From contig OZ360236.1 in assembly GCA_977017645.1 (NCBI GenBank), forward strand, positions 20,460,001 to 20,524,000: DNA of 64,000 nt, given 5' to 3'. Within the stretch, counting starts at the first letter, position 1; every line of letters starts with the position of its first letter. The position numbers were made by a program, and so were the translations under genes. The notes under the pieces were generated by a model, which searched no databases, was not told where the DNA came from, and saw only the letters and a program-made list of their open reading frames with translations. Shown piece after piece: positions 52,217-63,690 of this stretch. The stretch is from Torpedo marmorata (Eukaryota).

Positions 52217-55200
52217 ATGGCCGCAGCAGCCGCTGACGCAGCAGCCGCTGATGTTGCTGTTGAGGAACAACGTACTGAAGACATGAAGGTTGTTCATCTC
52301 AAAGAAGAATTGAAGCGACGGAAACTAGATACAAGTGGAAATAAAAGTATTCTCATTGCAAGACTGAAGCTGGCAAAGGTAGAAGAGGCGGCAGCTTCAG
52401 TTGATGGGAATGAAGACATTGAAAACTCATTGCAAAAGACAACGACTGAACATGAAGACAGCAATGTGGAAATGGCTGAAAATGTGTCACCAAATGGTGA
52501 TGAAGAAAATGAAAAGGATGAAGAAACCGAAGAGGTTAAAGATGCAAAGGATGTACAATTTGAATTGGACAAAGAGGTAAGGAAGAAGACAACATCTGAC
52601 CTGCAGGACGAAATACAAGCATGTGACAGTGTCTCAAATGTTGAAAGCAGGAGAAGCAAACAAAGTTCTTCTGGTTCAAGCTCCAGAGTTTCTCGTACTT
52701 CAAGTTCTGCATCATCACGTACAAAGATTGAAGCTGAAATGGCTGCTCTTCTTGTATGACAAAAATCGCTTAAGGATAAACATGTTTTGGAAGAATAGCA
52801 GGAGCAGCTAAGAGAACAGGAGGAGCAGCTAAAGCAGAAACAGGAGCAGCTAAGGCAGAGCCAGCAGCTAAGGCAGAAACAGGAGCAGCTTAGGCAAAGC
52901 CAGGAGCAGCTAAGAGAACAGGAGGAGCAGCTAAGGCAGAGCCAGGAGCAGCTAAGAGAACAGGAGGAGCAGCTAAGGCAGAGCCAGGAGCAGCTAAGGC
53001 AGAGCCAGCAGCTAAGGAGGAGTCAGGAGCAGCTTAGACAGTGAAAGGAGCAGCAGGAGATGGAAGTAAACATTGCTATTGCTAGGGCCAGAATGAAGGT
53101 ACTAGAAGGCTCAATGGTATCTTGTGCTCGGAGTAAATTATCTAAAGTGTGCGATGATAAGAAGTCATATTTTTAAAAAGAGCCACAGGAAAATAAATCA
53201 ACCAAAAGGGTAGATATTTTAGTACCACGGGTACAAGACATTCAAATACAAGGACAAAGCCTTGTTATTAAGTCACATGTACCAGTGGTAACATCCGAAG
53301 ACAAAGCTGTGGCTTGGGTTCGGTCGAACGATGCAGCTCCCTTGGGATTCGAGTCAAGCATCAGAAATACGGGAGAAACTACATCGGTGAGGTTTCCAGA
53401 TACATTACCTGTAACAAGAGGTGGTGAACAGAGCAATGTATTATCATCCATGGAAAGAAAAAATGAAATCGCTGCATCATTGATTCAGTTACAGTCTCTC
53501 TCTTCTTTGCCCAAGAAAGAGATTCAAACTTTTGATGGTGATCCACTTCAGTACCAAGCGTTCATGAGATCTTTTAGATGCAATATTGAAAATAAATGCC
53601 AAGACCCTGACGAATGTCTTTATTATTTGGAAATGTTCACAGAAGGACAGCCAAGAGAACTTGTAAAGAGTTGTCAACATATGTCCTCGGAAAGAGGATT
53701 AGACAGAGCTAAGTTTTTACTAGAACAGCATTTTGGCAACAAGCATCGAATTGCTTTCACTTATATGGATAAAGCTCTTAAATGGTCATCAATAAATCCA
53801 AATGATGTAAAAGCTCTACAAGCATACACTCTCTTTTTAAGAGGATGTTGTAATGCCATGGAAGATATCGATAATATTCGTGAGCTTGACGTGCCTGGTA
53901 ATATGCAAATCATCTTAGATAAATTACCTTACAAGATGTGGGAGAGATGGAGAAATTTGGCTTGTGATTTACAGGAAAAATATGATCAAAGAGCTACCTT
54001 AAAGGATTTGGTAGATTTTCTTGAATGACAGGTGTACATTGAAACAGATCCAATATATGGAAATACCAGAGACAATTCAATGGGGAACAAAGATGTAAAG
54101 AGGTCTAACTCACAGCCTAGTCTGAAATTGAAAAGGAGTACTTTTGATACTAATGTTTCAGTTATAAATAAAGAAAAAGATAAAGTAAATAAGGAAAAGG
54201 AACGTTTGCCTAATGAGAAGAGTTGTTTGTTCTGTAAAGGTGGACATGCATTGGAAATGTGTTTACGGTTGGAAAAGAAGGAACATAATGAGAAGATCGC
54301 TTTCTTAAAGGAAAATGGAATATGTTTTAGCTGTCTGTGTAAAGGGAACATCTGTAATAACTGCAAGAAGCGACTTAACTGTAACATATGCAATTTGAAG
54401 CATCCTAGAATGTTGCATATCCATCAAAGAAACAAGGAATTGAAAAATGAGCAAACAGAAACAAAGGAAACATCAGAAAACAATGTTATAACCTCAGTTC
54501 AGACAAGTGGTCTTATCGGGGCCGGTGTGGATAACTGCAAACTTTCAATAGTGCCTGTACAAGTCCAGATCAAGAACGGGGATGCAACAGTACATACATA
54601 TGCATTTCTCGACCCAGGCAGCACTGCATCTTTTTGCAACGTGGGACTAATGAACAAACTTAATATTCAAGGAAGAAGGTCAAGAATTATGTTGAAAACC
54701 ATGGGACAAGAAAAGGTCGTTGAAACCAGCATTGTTTCAGGCTTAGAGGTTGCTGGATTGCATGACAAAATTTTTTATGATCTTCCAAGTTTATACACTC
54801 AGAAGACTATGCCTGTGCATGAAGGAAACATTCCACATAATAATGATTTCCATCATTTGTCTTGTCTGTGGAAGGTTTATTTACCTGAAGTTAATTCTGA
54901 GATAGAAATGCTGATTGGTTCAGATGTACCAAAAGTTTTGGAACCACTAGAAGTAATACAGAGTAAGGGAAATGGACCTTACGCTGTTAGAACCAAGCTT
55001 GGTTGGACAATCAATGGACCATTGGAAAGAAATAATGATATTGCTCAGGAACAGTTAGCAATAAATGTTAACAGGATTTCGGTTGTGAAATTTGATGAGT
55101 TAAGGGAAGAGCAAAATACTGTAAATAAGAAAGTCACTTTTGAAGAAAAGAAAACAGATCAATGTGAAGATAAATCAAAGGTATTTAAAACAACATTGAA

Positions 55201-55255
55201 GGAATTATTTTCATCAGAAATGGATGAAAATGAAGTATTAGAAAATGTTGCAAAT
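52217..55255 (+). pseudogene. BEL Gag-protease polyprotein with N-terminal SAP domain
   Basis: One frame with point stops: SAP (MKVVHLKEELKRRKLDTSGNKSILIARL), DSVS motif, heptad repeat, DUF1759-like FDGDPLQY, three Cys/His knuckles, YAFLDPGS protease, RTKLGWTINGP. Confidence 0.88.
52799..53058 (+). repeat. Coding minisatellite (18/21-bp units, CAGGAGCAGCTAAGGCAGAGC-like)
   Basis: About 12 units reading QEQLREQ / EEQLRQS / QEQLRQS in the Gag frame. Confidence 0.9.
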
Positions 55256-58200
55256 CAATACAATTTTTTGCACCAGTTGTATCTCACACCGCAAAAATTG
55301 AATAAATTTAAATCAGAAATATCAAATAAATGTTTTCGATGCGGCAAATAAATAGGAAAGTTTTTACATTTAACCTGGTCATGCCCCAAAGTAAAACCTT
55401 TCTGGACGGACTTAGGGAAACTCTAAGAACAAATTACAGAAATTCAGTTCCCTCAACGCCCAGAATTATTCCTATTGGGCAATATCTACGGCATAAGACC
55501 TAAGATGAGGCTGTCAAAATTTCAAATAAAATTTGTGGAGATCGCATTGGCGCTGGCCAGGAAATATATAGCGGTCACATGGAAGTCTGATTCCCATCTA
55601 GGTATGACAAGATGGAATGAGGAAATGTATAGTTGTGTTCCCCTTGAGAAGATTACCTATAATCTTAGAAATAGATATGATATTTTTTTTAAAGATTTGG
55701 ACTCCATATTTACAACACATGGCTGTAAATATATAACCAGGCCCCCCCCTCCCCTCGCTTCCAGGACCTATGTCCATTTCCTCTTCAGAAATCCGAGTAT
55801 GCCAAGTAATTTAACCATATAACCATATAACAATTACAGCACGGAAACAGGCCATTAGGCCCTTCTAGTCCGCACCGAACCAAACACTCCTCTCTAGTCC
55901 CACCTACCTGCACCCTGCCCATAATCCTCCACTTCCTTCTCATCCATATACCTGTCCAACTTTTTCTTAAATAATAAAATTGACTCTGCCGCCACTACTT
56001 CTCCCGGAAGCTCATTCCACACCGCTACCACTCTCTGAGTAAAGAAGTTCCCCCTCATGTTACCTCTAAACCTCTGCCCCTTAACTCTTAACTCATGTCC
56101 TCTTGTTTCAATCTCTCCTACTCTTAATGGAAATAGTCTATCCACATTCACTCTGTCTATCCCTTTCATAATCTTAAATACCTCTATCAAATCCCCTCTC
56201 AACCTTCTACGCTCCAAAGAATAAAGACCTAATCTGCTCAATCTCTCCTTGTACTCTAGATGCTAAAACCCAGGTAACATTCTGGTAAATCTTCTCTGCA
56301 CTCTCTCCACTCTGTTGATATCCTTCCTATAATTTGGCGACCAGAACTGCACACAGAACTCTAAACTAGGCCGCACCAACGCCTTATATAATCTCAACAT
56401 CACTTCCCAACTCCTATATTCTATGCAATGATTGATAAAGGCCAGCATACTAAAAGCCTTCTTCACCACCCTATTCACATGAGTTTCTACCTTCAGGGAA
56501 CGATGCACCGTTATTCCTAAATCTTTCTGCTCTTCTGTATTCATCAATGCTCTCCCATTTACTACGTATGTCCTGTTCTGATTCTTCTTACCAAAATGAA
56601 GCACCTCACACTTATCAGCATTAAACTCCATTTGCCATTTTTCAGTCCACTTTTCTAAGCAGCCCAAATCCCTCTGCAATCCTTGAAAACCTTCTTCATT
56701 ATCCACTATTCCACCTATCTTAGTATCATCTGCATATTTAAAAATCCAGTTCACCACCCCATCATCTAGATCATTAATGTATATAACGAACAACAATGGG
56801 CCCAATACAGATCCCTGAGGCACACCGCTGGTCACCGGCCTCCAACCTGACAGACAATTATCCACTACCACTCTCTGGCCTCTCCCTTTCAGCCAATGTT
56901 CAATCCATTTGACTATCTCAAAATTTATACCTAAAGACTGCACCTTCCTAACTAACCTTCCATGTGGTACCTTATCGAAGGCCTTACTGAAGTCCATATA
57001 GACAACATCCACTGTGCTACCCTCATCCACATTCCTAGTCACCTCTTCAAAAAATTCAATCAGATTGGTCAAACAGGACCTTCCGCTCACAAATCCGTGT
57101 TGAGTGTTCCTGATCAGACCCTGTCTATCCAGATATTTATAAGTACTATCTCTAAGAACTTTCTCCATTAATTTTTACTACCACAGACGTCAAACTTACA
57201 GGCCGATAATTGCCAGGCTTCCTCCTTGAACCCTTTTTAAATAACGGAACCACATGCGCAATACGCCAATCCTCTGGCACTATCCCCATCTCTAATGACA
57301 TTTGGAAAATCACCGGCAGAGCCTCTGCTATATCCTCACTTACTTCTCTCAAGGTCCTGGGGAAGATCCCGTCGGGTCCCGGAGACTTATCCACCTTTAT
57401 ATGCCTCAAAAGCCCTAACACTACATCTTTCGTAATCACTATATTCTCCATATTTACCCAATTTGCTTTTTTTATTCTCGCATATCCCAATATCCTTCTC
57501 CTTGGTGAATACCGAAGAAAATAAACTGTTCAATATCTCCCCCATTTCTCTAGGCTCCACACACAGTTTTCCGCTCTGATTCTCTAAGGGACCAATTTTG
57601 TCCCTTGCTTTCCTTTTACCATTAACGTATTTGTAGAAACCTTTTGCTTGCTATAGTCTCCTCGTACCTTCTTTTAGCTTTCCTAATTCCTCTCTTAAGA
57701 TTCCTTTTACATTCAATGTATTTTTCAAACATCTCCTTAATTCCATGCTTCTTATACTTAATGTACGCCTCCCTTTTTTTCGAACCAAATTTCCAATATT
57801 CCTCGAAAACCACGGCTCTCTCAAACCTTTTGCCCCTCCTTTTAACCTAACAGGAACATAAAGTTTTTGCACTCTCAAAATCTGATCTTTAAAAGACTTC
57901 CATCTCTCTACTACATCCTGCCCATAAAACAAATTGTCCCAATGCACACCCTGTAAGTCCTTTCGCATCTCCTCAAATCTAGCTTTTCCCCAATCAAATA
58001 CCTCAACCCTTGGCCCTGACTTATCTCTTTCCATAATGACATTGAAGCTGATGGCATTATGATCACTGGACCTGAAGTGCTCGCCAACACAAACCTCCGT
58101 CACTTGACCTATCTCATTTGCCAACAGTAGATCTAACACTGCTCCTTCTCTGGTCGGTACCTCTACATATTGTTGTAAAAAACTATCCTGCACACATTTC

Positions 58201-59542
58201 ACAAACTCCAACCCATCCAGCCCTTTCACAGAATGTGTTTCCCAATCTATATGTGGAAAATTAAAATCTCCCATAATTACAACCCTGTGCTTATCACAAA
58301 TATCCACTATCTCCCTACAGATTTGCTCCTCTAGGTCTCGGTCCCCTCCGGGTGGTCTATAATACACCCCTACAAGTGTAACTTCTCCTTTCCCACTCCT
58401 CAGTTCCACCCAAATAGCCTCCGTGGACGAGCCCTCTAATCTATCCTGCCTAAGCACCGCTGTAATATTCTCCCTGACAAGCAATGCAACACCACCTCCT
58501 CTTGCCCCTCCGACTCTATCACACCTAAAGCAACGAAACCCAGGGATATTCAGCTGCCAATCACATCCCTCCTGCAACCATGTCTCACTAATCGCTACCA
58601 CATCATACTTCCAAGTATCAATCCACACCTTCAGCTCATCCACCTTTTTTACAATACTCCTGGCATTAAAATATATGAATTTCAGAGATTTCCCACTTCT
58701 TAATCTCTGTTTGCCCTCATCTTTAGTAACAACATTATTATTTACTTTTTCTGCCAAATGCCCTTCATCTTCATCCAGAGCATTTCCCTTCTCTATCACC
58801 TGCCCATCCATATTCAAACACTGACTACAAACTTTCTATGTTTGCATTCTAACCTACTCCTTACTGCTCTGTACTATTTTGCTCCCTCCCCCCAACCATT
58901 CTAGTTTAAAGGCTCTTGAGTAGCCCTAGCAAATACCCCTGCCAGGATCCTGGTCCCCCTGGGATTCAAGTGTAACCTGTCCTTACTGTACAGGTCACAT
59001 CTCCCCCAAAAAAGGTCCCAGTGATCCAGAATCTTGAAACCCTGCCCCTTACTCCACCCCTTCAGCCACGTGTTAATCCTCCACCTCATTCTATTCCTAC
59101 TCTCACTGTCACGTGGCACAGGGAGTAATCCGGAGATTACCCCCTTTGCGGTCCTTCTTTTTAACTCCCTACCTAACTGCCTGTACTCACTTTTTAGGAC
59201 CTCTTCTCTATTCCTCCCTATGTCATTGGTACCTACATGTACCACGACCTCTGGCTCCTGTCCCTCCCCCTTTAGGATATCCGGGACACGAGCAGCAATT
59301 TAAGCCTGTGGGGTGGCCGACGAGCCTCCAACGTCTTCTTTCCTTTTCTATTTCAACCTTTTCTTATTCTATTCCTCTCTTTTTTTTTTCTTTTAGGGGG
59401 GAATTGGGTGGGTTTTCCTTTGTTTGTAATTTTGTTGTAGTTTTTTAGTATAATAGTCAACAGACGAATATTATATTTGATGATGTATTATTTTTGTTAT
59501 TGATAATATGCTTTAAAAATACAAATAAAATATTTAAAAAAA
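55256..59542 (+). mobile_element. L1-clade LINE 3' fragment, split by CR1
   Basis: QYNFLHQLYLTP..CFRC..HLTWSCPKV..FW ORF2 C-terminus; AATAAA and A tail at 59524-59542; 16-bp TSD AGAAAATGTTGCAAAT (55240-55255, 59543-59558) at a TT/AGAAAA site. Confidence 0.9.
55815..59293 (-). mobile_element. CR1 LINE with partial ORF1 (SGNH esterase) and frameshifted ORF2 (APE + RT)
   Basis: VHVGTNDIG..DRLHL; YFNARSI, ISETWL, MGDFNFPHIDW, SSDH; QHGF, DFSKAFD, GVPQGSVLGP, YADD; (TTATATGG)n tail; possible TSD AG(T/C)AATTTAA. Confidence 0.93.
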
Positions 59543-59742
59543 AGAAAATGTTGCAAATACTACTGGTGATTATTCCTGTGTAATTGAATCAGAGGCAGGA
59601 ATAAAATAAATGACTGAGAACAAATTTGAAAGTAGATTTTGTAGCTCAGAGGTTACAGCAGACAAAGTTAATAAAGAAATGTTGCAACATGATGTAAAAC
59701 TGGAGAACACAGGAAATTGTGCTGATGGAATAAAGAAGCATG

Positions 59743-61340
59743 TCAGAATCAGAATCAGAATCAGAATTTATTGTCATGAACAAGTCATGAAATTCGGTGT
59801 TTTGCGGCAGCATCATAGTGCAATTAACATTCATATTACCATCTAACGACATTACTATAAAAAATTATAAACAATAGTGCACGAAAAGTAAGGTAGTGTC
59901 TTTGGTTCATTGATTATTCAGGAATCTGATGGCAGCGGGGAAGAAGCTGTCCTTGTGCCATTGAGGGCTCGTCTTTAGGCTCCTGTACCTTTTCCCCGAT
60001 GGAAGCAGAGTGAAGAGGGCATGGCCTGGGTGGTGGGGGTCCTTGAGGATAGAGGCTGCTTTTTTAAGACACCGCCTCATGTAGATGTCCTCGATGGAGT
60101 GAAGTTTGGTGCCTGTGATGTCACAGGCCGAGTTAACAACCTTCTGGAGTTTACTCTTGCCCTGGGAGTTGGCGCCACCATACCAGGCAGTGATGCAACC
60201 AGCCAGAATGCTCTCCACGGTACACCTGTAGAAGTTTACGAGAGTCTTTGGTGACATACCGAATCTCCGCAAACACCTCACAAAGTATAGCCGTTGACGA
60301 GCCTTCTTTGTGATTGCATCCACGTGGATGCTCCAGGACAGATCCTCGGAGATGTTGACACCCAGGAATTTGAAGTTCTTGACCCTCTCCACGACTGAGC
60401 CCTCGATGAGGACTGGGTCGTATTCCCCTGACTTCCTCCGGAAGTCCACAATCATCTCCTTGGTTTTGCTGACGTTGAGCTCAAGGTTGTTGTCATTACA
60501 CCATTCAACGAGCTGATCTATCTCCCTCCTGTACACATCCTCATTGCCGTTTGTGATTCTGCCGACAACTGTGGTGTCATCGGCAAACTTGTATATGGCA
60601 TTGGAATTGTGCCTGGCCACACAGTCATGAGTGTATAACGAGTAGAGCAGTGGACTAAGCATGCATCCTTGGGGTGCGCCTGTGTTGATAATCAGTGAGG
60701 AGGAGACGTTGTTTCCAATTCGTACTGACTGGTTTTCCGATGAGAAAGTCAAGGATCCAGTTGCAGAGGGGGGTACAGAGGCCTAGAGTTTGTAGCTTCT
60801 CGACCAGCACTGAGGGAATAATGGTATTGAAGGCCGAGCTGTAGTCGATGAAGAGCAACCGTATGTATGAATTGCTGTTTTCGAGGTGATCCAGAGCTGA
60901 GTGGAGAGCCAGCGATATTGCATCTGCTGTGGAGCGATTGTGGCGATAGGCGAATTGCAGTGGGTCCAGATCTTTGCTTAGGTATGTGTTAATTCTGGCC
61001 ATGACCAGCCTCTCAAAACATTTCATCACAGTAGAAGTTAGTGCTACTGGGCGGTAGTCGTTGAGGCAGCTCACACTACTCTTCTTGGGTACCGGGATGA
61101 TTGATGCCCTTTTGAAGCAGGTGGGAACCTCTGACTGCCGTAATGAGAGGTTGAAAATGTCCGTGAACACTCCGGCTAGTTGGTTGGCGCAGATTTTCAA
61201 TACCCTGCCAGGTACACCGTCAGGGCCTGACGCCTTGCGAGGGTTCACCCTCTTAAATGATGTTCTGACGTCGCCCTCAGAGACAGATATCACAGGGTCC
61301 TCAGCCTTTTCAGGGATTCTATTAGGCACTGTTTTGTTCT
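59743..61340 (-). mobile_element. Rex1/Babar-type LINE, 5' truncated
   Basis: [39 protein letters not shown]; (TTCTGA)n tail; one frameshift. Confidence 0.92.
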
Positions 61341-61344
61341 TCTT

Positions 61345-62142
61345 CTCAAGTGATTGATAATTTAATGCAATTGAATTGAGAGAACAAAATGTTGAAAAGG
61401 GAATTGGAAATATTGGATAATCATGAAAAAAGTAAACAGAAAGATTTAATTGTGAATAAAATTCACAGTCATAAAGTGGAAGAAAAGAATAACTGCTAAA
61501 GAAATAAATACAGTTATTGAGGAAAGAGATTCAGCATTATCAAGATGTAAAAGGTTGGAGGAAGAGATTAATATTTTGAAAGAGAACAAGTTATTCGTTA
61601 GTAACACAAAACAGCTGACTATAGAAAACAATCAAGAATGTAAATTGAAGGCTCAGCTACTAACAATGCAGAAAGAATGTGATATTGCATTGCAGCAATG
61701 TAACAAGCAAGATGAAGAAATTCAAATATTTCAAGTTTACCATAGCAGGGTTGACAATAGAAGTACCAATGTAACACATGATATTTTCACTTCAGATCAA
61801 GTTATTAATTTCTCGGAAGAAACTGAGACTGAATTGAAAGTTGCAAAATTGGATTTGGAATTGCAGGAAAAGGCAATAGAAACCAGAGTGGTTAAAGAGA
61901 CTCATTTATTAAAATCGAGAGGATCAGATAAATATTCAAAATCTGGTTATAAGAGTTTAGATTCTTCATATGAGAAGTAGAATAAAGGAATAAAGGAAGA
62001 AAGGAATAAAGCGAAACCACATGCTGAAGAAGTACCTTGTGTTAAATTCAAAAAGAAAGCTGTACCTATTTTGTCTGAGGAAGATTTGAGGTTTACTGGT
62101 CGACGATCTAACTCAAAGATTCTGGAGATAAAAGAACTTTGA
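61345..62142 (+). pseudogene. Coiled-coil C-terminal part of the BEL polyprotein, MIPOL1-like
   Basis: [28 protein letters not shown]...LTIENNQECKLKAQLLTMQ...EEIQIFQVYHS and KLDLELQEKAIE resemble recalled vertebrate MIPOL1 segments; no introns; lies inside the LTRs. Confidence 0.7.
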
Positions 62143-62297
62143 TAAGTACGAAATGACTGTATTTTGTTGTTTTTGTAGACAGAGTGATGGTAAACTCTGG
62201 TCTTATGAAGAAAGAAGAAGATTTGTATATTGTTTGAAAGTTATATGTTTATTATAATTTGTAATTGATTGTGTAATTATTATTTAAGACATTACGG

Positions 62298-62861
62298 TGT
62301 AAGAGCCAAAGGCTCAGTTCCTACCTTTATCGTGCCGTTCCGATGGTCCCAGCGGGTGTCGGAGGAGTCATGGAGATTAGTAGGCCGTGCTAGGCCTATT
62401 GAGTACTCTGTGCATGCGTGGGAGTGCCGACGGGCGCATACGCGGTGGGGAAGTGGCTGGAGCATGAGCAGTGGGGAATTGGCTGGAGCATGCGCGGTGG
62501 AGTTTGCGCGAATCGGGGAAGAAGTTATTATAAAACATGGCAACTTAGAGGAGGGTGAGTGAGATCGTCATAGTTTTCATTGACAGTTAGAAAGGAACGT
62601 TATTAAGAATCGTTATTAAAGACGTTATAAAGAATCATTTTAAAGGAACGTTATTAAGAATCGTTATTAAGCATGGTTATCAAGGATTGTTTATATTTCG
62701 TTAAAGAAGATATTTAAGTTATTGAAGATTGCTACAAGTCATCGTGTGTTAATAAACATTTTGAACATATTGGACTTTGTTAGTAAATTAATTGAAACGC
62801 GTCAAGAACAAATGTCTCACCTAGCCTCCAAGTGACTATTTATTGGATTGAAGTCACTACA
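62298..62861 (+). repeat. 3' LTR (564 bp)
   Basis: TGTAAGAGCC...GTCACTACA followed by TSD CTGAG. Confidence 0.93.
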
Positions 62862-63524
62862 CTGAGGTTTGGTCAAAAATGATAGATAGTTACCCCAACA
62901 TTGCAAAGGGGTAATCTTCAGAAGATCCTACCCTTCATGACCACTTATGTTTGTGAATCAGGCTTTTCGATGTTGCTGCAGTTGAAGACAAAGGCACAAA
63001 ACATCATTGAAGTGGAGGCAGATCTCAGGTGTGCATTATCTACCACAGAACCAAGGATGTGAAAACTGGTGAAGAACCTTCAGGAAGAGGAGTCTTATTA
63101 GAGTGGCTTGAGCTTTTATTTTGATTGGGAATTTTGATGTTCAGTGTATGCTTGCAGTGTTTTTTGTTCTTTAAAAATGTTAAATAAAATACTTTAAATT
63201 AGATAAAGATGTGTTTCTTACAGAGCCTCCTTTGACTTGAAAATGTTGCTCAGTCTTTGCCACTCGTGGGACCTGGCATGTTAGGCTGGAATCCAGGTGG
63301 GCGTTAGACCGAAAAAGGTCGAGAACCACTGCCTTATTGTATAAAAGGTCAACTACTCTGGATTGTTGTGTGATATTCTCTGTGAATCATGTTTGCTTTT
63401 ATGATATATAATTCCATAGTAATTTTGAATAGAAAGACCAATTGTCTTAAAAATGAGGGATTTTGTGATAACCGTACTTTGTTAAAGGAGGTAAGTTATT
63501 GTGAGCTCTTTATGTTTGTGTCTC

Positions 63525-63690
63525 TGATACCTGGTTCCCATGAGCTAGTATCCAGCAGCCCGCAGCCTGTGCGGGTCCCCCGACCGCAAGTCCCCTACAG
63601 CCTGTGTAGGAACTTTAGCCCCTGAGCCCCTCGCCGGTCTGCTGCCGTGGTCACCGACCTGTAGGGTCATCTCCCATTCTTCTCCTACTC
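63525..63690 (-). mobile_element. Fragment of the GC-rich non-coding repeat family
   Basis: Resembles ~22860-23085. Confidence 0.55.

Larger units (their letters stand above)
50613..62861 (+). mobile_element. BEL/Pao-type LTR retrotransposon lacking RT, RNase H and integrase
   Basis: Two homologous LTRs, 5-bp TSD CTGAG (50608-50612, 62862-62866), BEL-type Gag and protease. Confidence 0.92.
48144..63331 (+). mobile_element. hAT (Charlie/Buster-like) transposon, internally deleted and split by nested insertions
   Basis: Ends (A)AGTGGTTCCCAACC / GGTCGAGAACCACTG, TSD TCTTATGG / CCTTATTG; transposase pieces [10 protein letters not shown] (~48800-48830), LAYHADIF..LNKLNLRLQG..VRNPF..ELIDLQND (50133-50612) and TTYVCESGFS..VEADLRCALS (62862-63100). 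Confidence 0.85.

Noticed and set aside
52799-53058. CRISPR-like array
   Set aside because: No unique spacers; it is a eukaryotic coding minisatellite.
54032-55351. ORF reading from the BEL protease straight into an L1 Cys-rich C-terminus, resembling a novel fusion
   Set aside because: The junction is the 5' end of an L1 insertion bounded by a 16-bp TSD. The in-frame join is most simply chance, and a stop follows within about 30 codons.
61345-62142. The host MIPOL1 gene or a standard processed pseudogene
   Set aside because: Partial, between LTRs, with no introns, poly(A) or TSD of its own; treated as element cargo.
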